Sequence record: SRR22947727_5211
DNA length: 44,552 nt
Reading direction: 5' to 3' (one strand)
Made by a program: the position numbers and the translations under genes. The number at the start of each line of letters is the position of its first letter. Within the stretch, counting starts at the first letter, position 1. Shown one piece after another: positions 37,089 through 44,552 of the stretch. The notes beneath the pieces were generated by a model, which was not told where the DNA came from, made no database searches, and was given only the letters and a program-made list of their open reading frames with translations.

Positions 37089-37757
37089 GTGCTGACATAC
37101 CAGAGCGTCCTCCTTGATCTGGATGGGACCCTGGTCGATTCGGCCCCAGGAATTGTCTCCACCATCGCTTTCACCCTGAAAGAGATGGGCCGCGAGGTTC
37201 CGACCATGGCCGAGCTCCTGCGCTGGGTCGGCCCACCACTGCCACAATCATTCGAAGTACGCGGCCAGATGAGTCCTTCAGAAGCCCGGGAGGCAGTCAC
37301 GATTTATCGTGGTCGCTATCTCGACGTGGGGGTTTATGACGCCAAACTTTTCGATGGTGTCGCTGACCTCTTGATCGGCCTTCGGGATGCGGGCGCTCAC
37401 CTCGCGATTGCCACATCAAAGCCGACCACACCCGCCACCATCATGTTGGAGCACTTCACTCTCTCCGACTTCTTTGACGTTATCTCGTGTGCCGCAGATG
37501 ACGAGACTCGAGGATCCAAAGCGGAGGTAGTCGAAGATGCTCTCGCTGGTCTTCGCCAGAAGGGTTTCCCCACCGATAACGCCATCATGGTGGGCGACCG
37601 CATCCACGATGTCGAGGGCGCCGGACACCACGGAATTGACACCATCATGGTGCGCTGGGGTTATGGCGGACCGGCGGAATGGGAGAAAGCCCACCACGTC
37701 ATTGACACACCTCGCCAACTTCATCAGGCACTAGGAATTCCCGGAGGGCGCTCGTGA
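37089..37757 (+). CDS. HAD-superfamily phosphatase (subfamily IA)
   Basis: DLDGTL.DS, ATSK and MVGDR.HD. Confidence 0.9.
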   Translation: MLTYQSVLLDLDGTLVDSAPGIVSTIAFTLKEMGREVPTMAELLRWVGPPLPQSFEVRGQMSPSEAREAVTIYRGRYLDVGVYDAKLFDGVADLLIGLRDAGAHLAIATSKPTTPATIMLEHFTLSDFFDVISCAADDETRGSKAEVVEDALAGLRQKGFPTDNAIMVGDRIHDVEGAGHHGIDTIMVRWGYGGPAEWEKAHHVIDTPRQLHQALGIPGGRS

Positions 37758-39058
37758 GCGCCCACCCTCCCACTGGTGAGATTCCTCTGCCCGTCACCGG
37801 CTCTATCCCGGTCTACCAGGAACCCGTAGAGGCGCAGAAGCCATCAAAGCAGCCACTGGTCTGGTGGGCGCTGATTGTCGCCGCCGGAAGCATGCTGACC
37901 GCGATGACGTTTCCCGGTCAAACGGCTGGCCTCTCACCGTTCACAGATCCCTTAATTGAGACCCTCAGTCTTGAACGAACGGCCATTTCGTTCAGTTATC
38001 TCCTTGCGACTTTGACCGGCGCGTTGACGTTGCCTGTTCTCGGCCGTGTACTTGACAAGTACGGTGCGAAGCGCGCCATAGTGGTGATTGGCTTTCTCCT
38101 CATGTCCGTCGTCTTCCTGGCAAGCTTCATCACGGACATCATCGGGCTGACGGCGTCCTATGTCGGACTCCGAATGACGGGGCAAGGTGCGCTCACCCTC
38201 GCTGCCACCACCATGATTGCCCGAACAATCACCTACAAACCTGGGCTAGCCCTCGGAATTGTGGGGGCAATTGGATCGGCTGGAATTTCGCTGGCCCCCG
38301 TAGGGGTTGAGCGCCTCATCGCGATCACCGATATCGCCACCGCGTGGAGGATAGAAGCGGCCCTCGTTGCCGTCATTGTTCTACCGATTGCCTTCCTGCT
38401 CCCCAAGGATCTACCCCAAACGACCACCGAGACGGGATCACACATTGTGATCGTGCCGGAGGCGGGGTACACGTCATCGCAGGCACTCAAGACTGGGATG
38501 TTCTGGGTGCTGACCCTGTCAGGTTTCATGGTGGGAATGCTCTATACCGGTCTCGCCTTTCACCTCATCTCCATCCTGGGAGCGCAGGGGCTTACAGCGC
38601 TGGAGGCAGCGGCTAATTTCATCCCTCAAACCTTGGCAACCGTTGTTGTCACGCTTGCCGTGGGCTCAGTCGTAGACCGAATAGATCCACGGTGGGGTGT
38701 CGCTGCATCGATGTTGACCTTGAGTGGGAGCCTCCTGGTACTCCCACTCGTGAGTGCAGGACTTAGTGCCATCCTTTTCGGATTGCTCTTGGGATCTTCC
38801 ATGGGAGCCCTCAGAGGAGTGCAATCCGCTGCTCTCGTGAGGTTTTACGGGCGAGGTCACATCGGTGCGATCCGAGGAGTTGCCACCTCGATTGAGGTCG
38901 GGGCGTCAGCGCTCGGGCCGTTGTACTTTGCGCTAGGGCTCCTCTTTTTTGGCTCCTACATCGGGGCAAGCATCGTGTCGGCGATTTTTCCACTTCTTGT
39001 TGCGGCTGCAGCTATTCTCATCAAGGCTCCGCCATCCCCCGATACTCTCGAGGCGTGA
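37754..39058 (+). CDS. MFS transporter (OFA/MCT-like)
   Basis: PGQT, GRVLDKYGAK, GQGAL and FYGRGHIGAIRG. About 12 TM. GTGA overlap with the HAD gene. Confidence 0.85.
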   Translation: MSAHPPTGEIPLPVTGSIPVYQEPVEAQKPSKQPLVWWALIVAAGSMLTAMTFPGQTAGLSPFTDPLIETLSLERTAISFSYLLATLTGALTLPVLGRVLDKYGAKRAIVVIGFLLMSVVFLASFITDIIGLTASYVGLRMTGQGALTLAATTMIARTITYKPGLALGIVGAIGSAGISLAPVGVERLIAITDIATAWRIEAALVAVIVLPIAFLLPKDLPQTTTETGSHIVIVPEAGYTSSQALKTGMFWVLTLSGFMVGMLYTGLAFHLISILGAQGLTALEAAANFIPQTLATVVVTLAVGSVVDRIDPRWGVAASMLTLSGSLLVLPLVSAGLSAILFGLLLGSSMGALRGVQSAALVRFYGRGHIGAIRGVATSIEVGASALGPLYFALGLLFFGSYIGASIVSAIFPLLVAAAAILIKAPPSPDTLEA

Positions 39059-39630
39059 TCAGAAGTCAGGTGGACCTCGGGACTTTACCCCTGCGGTTCA
39101 ACCCACCCGATGGGTGGCGAACGCCACACCCGCGCTGGATCTCTCTCTACCAAGGATTTCAGCCTGATCCGGGATGGAAGCCTTATGCCGATGCTCCCGG
39201 GATCCCTGAGTCCTGGCCCTGGTGGGAAGAAAACGGTACCGCCTGGTACACGTTCTTTCGCGGGCTCGCTCCTCTGCCAGCCCGCGCACTCGGAAACTGG
39301 TTCTCCCTTTCTGCCCTGGGACTCTTCTCCATTGTGGTGTCTCCATTCGCTCTCACCGGATGGCTTATCGCCCTGGGTGGGGTGCTGGGGCTCACCCTGC
39401 TGATTCTGGGAATTCGAGGGGTCGTTCGCACCATCAAGAAGCAAAGCGCGATGCCACGAGACCCCCTTGATGCAATTCGGGACTGGGCCGAAGTGCGCCG
39501 AAACGCTTACTTTCAGGAGTCATACCGCGACTCGAGAGCATTAGACCCGGACGAGCTCACCCTGGAGGAATTTGTCCACGGCCAGATCGCTATGTGGTGG
39601 GGCGAAAAGACCGAAGACGCAGCGAGTTAG
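39055..39630 (+). CDS. Hypothetical membrane protein with Trp/Pro-rich N-terminus
   Basis: GTGA overlap with the MFS stop and GAGG SD. RFNPPDGW...PDPGW.P...P.SWPWW followed by two TM helices. Confidence 0.7.
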   Translation: MIRSQVDLGTLPLRFNPPDGWRTPHPRWISLYQGFQPDPGWKPYADAPGIPESWPWWEENGTAWYTFFRGLAPLPARALGNWFSLSALGLFSIVVSPFALTGWLIALGGVLGLTLLILGIRGVVRTIKKQSAMPRDPLDAIRDWAEVRRNAYFQESYRDSRALDPDELTLEEFVHGQIAMWWGEKTEDAAS

Positions 39631-41791
39631 TCACCACAAAGACCGACGAGAATGCCATCGCCAATCCGGCAACCACCGGGTTCAACACGGCTGCTACGGC
39701 GAGCGGAATTGCTGCGACGTTATAGGCAAAGGCCCAAAACAGGTTTCCACGGATAGTTCCCAAAGTCTTGCGGGCGAGGCGGATTCCATCCGCAACCCCG
39801 ATGAGGTCACCCCGCGTAATGGTCAGATCGCCAGCACTCATGGCGGCATCCGTTCCGGTCCCCATCGCAATTCCGAGGTTTGCCGTTGATAAGGCGGGCG
39901 CGTCGTTAATCCCATCGCCCACCATCGCCACCTGGTGTCCCTCGGCTTGCAGGCGAACAATCAAGTCAGCCTTGCCCTCTGGTGTGAGGCCGGCTTCGAC
40001 ACGATCAATCCCCACGCTCTGGGCAATAGCGGTAGCGACAGATTCGTGATCACCGGTCGCCATCACGGTGGTCAGCCCCAGGGACTGCAGAGTGGCAATG
40101 GCTTCGGCGCTGGACTCTTTGAGTGTGTCGGCAATCTGGATAAGGCCAACGACGGTCCGTCCTGAGGCGACACCGACCACGGTGTTTCCCGTCAGGTGAA
40201 GCTCGTCCAAGTGCTTCTGGAGCTCGGACGAGAGGACGAAGCCTTGGGATTCCAACCACGCAGGTCGACCCACCGCAACGCTCTCTCCGCCAATGGTTGC
40301 GCTGGCGCCAAAGCCAGCTTCTGTGCTGAAGCCTGTGGCCTGGGGTATCGAGATGCTCTCTTCTCGTGCTTTGTCGACAATGGCCCGAGCGAGGGGGTGC
40401 TCTGACCCTGCTTCGACTGCTGCCGCACGTCCCAGAACCTCATCGTTGCTGTGGCCAGCCTCAGCATGCACGGCAAGGGCTCTCATGTTTCCCGTGGTCA
40501 GGGTTCCGGTCTTATCCAGGACCACCATGTCAATCGAGCGACTGTGCTCGAGAACTTCCGGGCCACTAATCAACAGTCCCAATTGCGCGCCGCGACCGGT
40601 ACCCACGAGCAACGCAGTGGGGGTGGCAAGACCCAGCGCGCACGGGCAGGCAATGATCAGTGTCGCGACTGCTGCTTGGAAGGCGATCGTGAGGCTTCCC
40701 TCAAAAATCATCCAGGCGGTAAAGGTCACGATGGCGACCACGATCACGATGGGGACAAAGACTGCCGAAATTCGATCGGCGAGACGCTGAGCATCAGATT
40801 TGCCTGTTTGGGCACGCTCCACCAGTTTCGCCATGCGGGCAAGCTCGGTGTCATCCCCCACACGGGTTGCCCTCACCTTCAACAGTCCCGACGTATTGAT
40901 CGTCCCGCCCAACACACTGTCTCCCACCGTGGCTTCGACGGGAACTGACTCGCCGGTCATCATCGAGGTGTCGATTGCCGCTGCACCCTCGACAATCTCG
41001 CCATCAGTCGGGACGCGCTCTCCTGGTCGAACCACCATGACATCGCCTTGCTTCACCATCGCCAGAGGCAGAAGCTTTTCGACCCCGTCCCTCAGGACGG
41101 TGGCTTCTTTGGCGCCGGATTCCATCAGGGCCCGAAGGGCGGCTCCGGCATCGCGCTTTGCGCGATGCTCAAGGTAGCGACCGAGCAACATGAAGATAGT
41201 AACAGCGGCCGCCACTTCCAAATAAATCTCGTGACTTCCCTCACCAGGTTGACCAAACAGCTCCAGGGTCATGGTCATGCCGGGCATCCCAGCCCCACCA
41301 AAGAACAGGGCGTAGAGCGACCAGCCGAGCGCTGCTCCCACTCCCACAGAAATAAGGGTGTCCATGGTGGCAACACCGTGGCGCGCGTTAATCGCGGCAG
41401 CGCGGTGGAAGGGCCACGCCCCCCAGGTCGCCACGGGAACCGCAAGCGCGAAGACCACCCACTGCCAATACAGGAATTGGAAGGGTGGGACCATGCTGAG
41501 AACCATGACGGGGAGCGTCATGGACGCAGAGATGATGAGTCGGTTGCGCAGGGCAACCATCGGGTCCACTCCCGTGGAGGGGTCATCACTGTGAACGTGG
41601 GCGTGATAGCCCGCGTTCTCGATGGCGGTAAGTAACGCGTCGTTGGGGGCATCGCCCAACACCGTGGCCTGTTCGGTGGCGTAGTTGACGCTCGCCTCCA
41701 CACCCTCCACCTTGTTGAGTGCTTTTTCGATGCGGGTCGCGCAGGACGCGCAGGTCATCCCCTCGATATCGAGTTGGATGGGCAGGCTCAT
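39590..41791 (-). CDS. copA: Cu(I)-translocating P1B-type ATPase
   Basis: HMA GMTCASC, TGES, CPC, DKTGT, SEHP, GDGIND, YN and MAFSS. Confidence 0.94.
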   Translation of the reverse strand: MSLPIQLDIEGMTCASCATRIEKALNKVEGVEASVNYATEQATVLGDAPNDALLTAIENAGYHAHVHSDDPSTGVDPMVALRNRLIISASMTLPVMVLSMVPPFQFLYWQWVVFALAVPVATWGAWPFHRAAAINARHGVATMDTLISVGVGAALGWSLYALFFGGAGMPGMTMTLELFGQPGEGSHEIYLEVAAAVTIFMLLGRYLEHRAKRDAGAALRALMESGAKEATVLRDGVEKLLPLAMVKQGDVMVVRPGERVPTDGEIVEGAAAIDTSMMTGESVPVEATVGDSVLGGTINTSGLLKVRATRVGDDTELARMAKLVERAQTGKSDAQRLADRISAVFVPIVIVVAIVTFTAWMIFEGSLTIAFQAAVATLIIACPCALGLATPTALLVGTGRGAQLGLLISGPEVLEHSRSIDMVVLDKTGTLTTGNMRALAVHAEAGHSNDEVLGRAAAVEAGSEHPLARAIVDKAREESISIPQATGFSTEAGFGASATIGGESVAVGRPAWLESQGFVLSSELQKHLDELHLTGNTVVGVASGRTVVGLIQIADTLKESSAEAIATLQSLGLTTVMATGDHESVATAIAQSVGIDRVEAGLTPEGKADLIVRLQAEGHQVAMVGDGINDAPALSTANLGIAMGTGTDAAMSAGDLTITRGDLIGVADGIRLARKTLGTIRGNLFWAFAYNVAAIPLAVAAVLNPVVAGLAMAFSSVFVVTNSLRLRSFRPTT

Positions 41792-42018
41792 GAGGAGGAC
41801 TGCGCTCCCACCATCGTGTATCCGGCTTCTTCGATGGCTGCCTGAAGAGCCTCAGGAGAAACCTCAGCGTCTGCCATCACGGTGACGTGCGAGGTGCCCT
41901 CTGGCTCGAGAGCGATAGAGACCTCAGTGACGCCGGGGATTCCTTCCACCTCAGACGTGACAGATTTCACACAGTGCTGACAGGTCATGCCTTCAACATC
42001 AACAATCACGGTGGACAT
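41788..42018 (-). CDS. copZ: Copper chaperone (HMA domain)
   Basis: GMTCQHC and AIEEAGY. ATGA overlap with copA. Confidence 0.92.
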   Translation of the reverse strand: MSTVIVDVEGMTCQHCVKSVTSEVEGIPGVTEVSIALEPEGTSHVTVMADAEVSPEALQAAIEEAGYTMVGAQSSS

Positions 42019-42053
42019 AGGGTCTCCTGTGGGGATAGTCGTTCCTCCACGAT

Positions 42054-42079
42054 AACGCGCAGCGTGCCCGGACTATTCC
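42054..42079 (-). promoter_or_regulatory. Putative SigR/SigH-type ECF promoter for copZA
   Basis: Minus strand GGAAT-N18-GTT, ending 35 bp before the copZ start. Confidence 0.55.
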
Positions 42080-42111
42080 CCTCTTTCAGGATTATGCGCG
42101 ACCATAGAGCT

Positions 42112-43695
42112 ATGTCACCCACAGCAACGACGCCGACACCCTCACCTTCCGTGCACCCGCCGATCTCGAGCGAGCAGCAGAGTGCCTGGGCCAGCCTCGT
42201 TTTCCCCGGAGTGGGGACACAAGAACACTTCTCGCCTCTCGATGGGTCCCTCATCGCCGCCCTGCCAAAATCCGAGGCCTTGGACGTTGATGCTGCCTTC
42301 GAGAAAGCGCGTCGTGCGGCAGAGTCCTGGAAGTCTGAGTCCTTTGCTCACCGCAAGCGCGTCATGATGCGCTTCCACGATCTGGTGCTGGAGCACCAGG
42401 GAACCCTGCTCGATGTTGTCCAGTGGGAGACCGGAAAGTCTCGTGCGTCAGCGTTTGATGAGGTGGCGGACATTGCTCTCACCGCCCGCTACTACGCCAA
42501 CAGTGCCGAGACACACCTGCGGCCAGAGAAGCGCCAAGGTGCTCTGCCTTTCGTGACTCAAACCAGGGTCCACTTCCAGCCCAAAGGTGTTGTGGGCATG
42601 ATCACCCCCTGGAACTATCCCCTGACCCTTCCCCTGAGCGATGCGGTTCCTGCGCTCATGGCAGGTAACGGGATTGTTTTGAAGCCCGACGCACAGACTC
42701 CTTTTTCTGCTTTGTCAGCCCTTCACCTGCTCTATCAGGCGGGTCTTCCCGAAGGTCTCTTCCAGGTCGTCATTGGCGATGGGCCAGAGCTTGGCACCGC
42801 CATCATCAACAACGCCAACTTCGTCATGTTCACCGGATCGACGGCGACCGGAAAGATCGTGGCCGAACAAGCAGCTCGTCGCCTTATTGGTTTCTCTGCC
42901 GAGCTGGGCGGGAAGAACCCGATGATTGTTCTGGATGATGCTCCGCTGGAGCGCGCACTCGAAGGCGCCATCACCGCAAGTTTCTCGAACGCGGGACAAC
43001 TGTGTATGTCGATTGAGCGTCTCTACGTTCACGAGGGCATCTATGACCGCTTTGTTCCCCGGCTTATTGAGGAGGTCAGGAAGCTCAGACTCGGGACCGC
43101 GTTTGATTTCTCCTACGAGGTGGGAGCTCTCATCTCCGCCGAACAATTGGAAAAAGTCCAGGCTCACGTGAGCGATGCTCTGGAGCGAGGAGCAACACTC
43201 CTCGCGGGAGGCTCTCATCGACCCGACATCGCCCCTTACGCTTTCGAACCCACACTCCTCACTGATGTGACGGAGGACATGATGCTCTGCCGCGGAGAAA
43301 CCTTCGGGCCTGTGGTCGCCATTTATCGGGTCTCGAGCGATGGGGAAGCCATCGCGATGGCTAATGACACCCGCTATGGCCTAAACGCCAGTGTCTGGGG
43401 CTCAAAAACTCGAGCCGAGAGCGTTGCCGTCCAGATTCAGGCGGGCAGTGTGAATGTGAACGAAGGATTCACCGCATCGTGGGCATCCACTGATGCCCCT
43501 ATGGGCGGATTCAAGGAATCCGGTGTCGGCCGTCGCCATGGCCGCGAAGGAATCCAGAAGTACACCGATGTCCAAACAATCGCCACCCAGAGCGGCATGA
43601 ACGTCGCGGCGCCAAAGGGAATGAGCGCCGAGGCCTTCACCCGTGCAATGACGACGGGTCTTCGCCTTATGAAATTTCTCCCCTTGAGGAAGTAG
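42112..43695 (+). CDS. Aldehyde dehydrogenase (succinate-semialdehyde dehydrogenase-like)
   Basis: TPWNYP, FTGS, ELGGKN, catalytic GQLC, ETFGP and MGGFKESG. Start set at ATG 42112. Confidence 0.9.
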   Translation: MSPTATTPTPSPSVHPPISSEQQSAWASLVFPGVGTQEHFSPLDGSLIAALPKSEALDVDAAFEKARRAAESWKSESFAHRKRVMMRFHDLVLEHQGTLLDVVQWETGKSRASAFDEVADIALTARYYANSAETHLRPEKRQGALPFVTQTRVHFQPKGVVGMITPWNYPLTLPLSDAVPALMAGNGIVLKPDAQTPFSALSALHLLYQAGLPEGLFQVVIGDGPELGTAIINNANFVMFTGSTATGKIVAEQAARRLIGFSAELGGKNPMIVLDDAPLERALEGAITASFSNAGQLCMSIERLYVHEGIYDRFVPRLIEEVRKLRLGTAFDFSYEVGALISAEQLEKVQAHVSDALERGATLLAGGSHRPDIAPYAFEPTLLTDVTEDMMLCRGETFGPVVAIYRVSSDGEAIAMANDTRYGLNASVWGSKTRAESVAVQIQAGSVNVNEGFTASWASTDAPMGGFKESGVGRRHGREGIQKYTDVQTIATQSGMNVAAPKGMSAEAFTRAMTTGLRLMKFLPLRK

Positions 43696-43700
43696 AGACC

Positions 43701-44522
43701 ATGACTGAGCCCTATTCACTCGCAGGTAAGCACGTTCTCATTACCGGCGCCGGTAGTGGAATTGGTCGCCTCATGGCACTCGGTGCCGCGAGGCGAGGTG
43801 CCGCCCACCTGGTCCTCTGGGATATGAACCTTCCCGCAGCGAAAGCAGTGGCGAGCGAGGTCGAAGCGCTGGGCGCCAGCGCACTGGCGATGTCGGTGGA
43901 CGTCTCGAAAAAGGCGCCTGTCGCCGCGGCAGCCGCCAAGGTCCTCGACAAGGTTGGTCACCTGGATGTGCTGATCAACAATGCGGGGGTAGTGAGCGGC
44001 AAACACTTTCTGGAGCTCGAGGAAAAAGACATTTCCCTGACCTACGCCGTGAACACGTTCGCTCTGTATTGGACGATTCAGGCATTCCTGCCCTCCATGC
44101 TGGAGCGTGACTCGGGACGTCTGGTCACCATTGCGAGCGCTGCCGGACTCGCGGGCTCGTCCCGGTTAACGGATTATTCCGGAAGCAAGCACGCGGCAGT
44201 GGGATTCATGGAGTCGCTTCGTGCAGAACTTCGCGATGCTGGCAGCGGAGTCAGTGCTCTGACGGTCAACCCGTTCTACATCAACACCGGGATGTTCGAC
44301 GGTGTGAAGTCGGGAAGCCCTCTCTTGCCGATTCAAGACCAAGATGACGCGACAGCGAAAATCTTGGACGCGGTGGAGTCCACGAAACGAGAATTGCTTC
44401 TCCCCGGCATGGTCTATTCGGTGCGAGTGTTCCGGCTACTGCCCACAGCTCTGTTTGACTGGATTGCTGATGTCTTTGGCATCAACAAAGCCATGAAAAC
44501 CTTCAGAGGTCGACGCACATAA
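43701..44522 (+). CDS. Short-chain dehydrogenase/reductase
   Basis: TGAGSGIG, NNAG, ASAAG, catalytic YSGSK and PFYINTGMF. Confidence 0.92.
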   Translation: MTEPYSLAGKHVLITGAGSGIGRLMALGAARRGAAHLVLWDMNLPAAKAVASEVEALGASALAMSVDVSKKAPVAAAAAKVLDKVGHLDVLINNAGVVSGKHFLELEEKDISLTYAVNTFALYWTIQAFLPSMLERDSGRLVTIASAAGLAGSSRLTDYSGSKHAAVGFMESLRAELRDAGSGVSALTVNPFYINTGMFDGVKSGSPLLPIQDQDDATAKILDAVESTKRELLLPGMVYSVRVFRLLPTALFDWIADVFGINKAMKTFRGRRT

Positions 44523-44524
44523 CG

Positions 44525-44552
44525 TGCGCGAGGGGGGACTTGAACCCCCACG
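44525..44552 (-). tRNA. 3' part of a tRNA, probably tRNA-Leu (anticodon outside the window)
   Basis: Minus strand CGTGGGGGTTCAAGTCCCCCCTCGCGCA gives a T-arm, acceptor strand and discriminator A. The Leu identity is recalled similarity only. Confidence 0.75.

Noticed and set aside
41887..42111. N-terminal extension of the ALDH ORF
   Set aside because: It overlaps copZ and its promoter on the other strand and does not resemble ALDH sequence.
1..44552. CRISPR arrays, IS elements, integrases, defence systems
   Set aside because: I saw no spaced repeats, transposase/recombinase motifs or defence domains. Nearly all sequence is explained by the listed genes.

Overview
Gene-dense, high-GC actinobacterial chromosome segment. 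The lineage is inferred (Microbacteriaceae-like) from nucS, an IdeR/DtxR box and many leaderless TANNNT promoters. The window runs from a truncated tRNA-Arg(ACG) to a truncated probable tRNA-Leu. Between tRNA-Arg and tRNA-Ser(GCT) lies a 5.5-kb block of accessory-looking genes: DHA2 MFS, a GNAT-AAA ATPase fusion with a structured leader, sbtA-sbtB, DUF1801 and PsiE. Next come an LCP protein, tRNA-Ser(TGA), a Cof HAD, serS, pheA, malY/patB, orphan hmuUV, lplA, a hydrolase, an acyl-CoA dehydrogenase and an IdeR-boxed Fe3+ ABC system. These are followed by an arginine/ornithine/proline catabolic cluster (guanidino hydrolase, rocD, Lrp, putA), an FAD oxidoreductase, pfkA with an acuI-like gene, a YtxH/holin-like/DUF3618 trio, an M13 peptidase, MATE-MFS-nucS-HAD-MFS-hypothetical, copZA, an ALDH and an SDR. 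I saw no integrase, transposase, prophage or CRISPR array. The best leads are the FNR-like Cys cluster inserted in the iron ABC ATPase, the GNAT-AAA fusion with an RBS-sequestering leader, SbtAB in an apparent heterotroph, and a probable ArgZ-type arginine dihydrolase. All family assignments come from motif recognition, not database searches.
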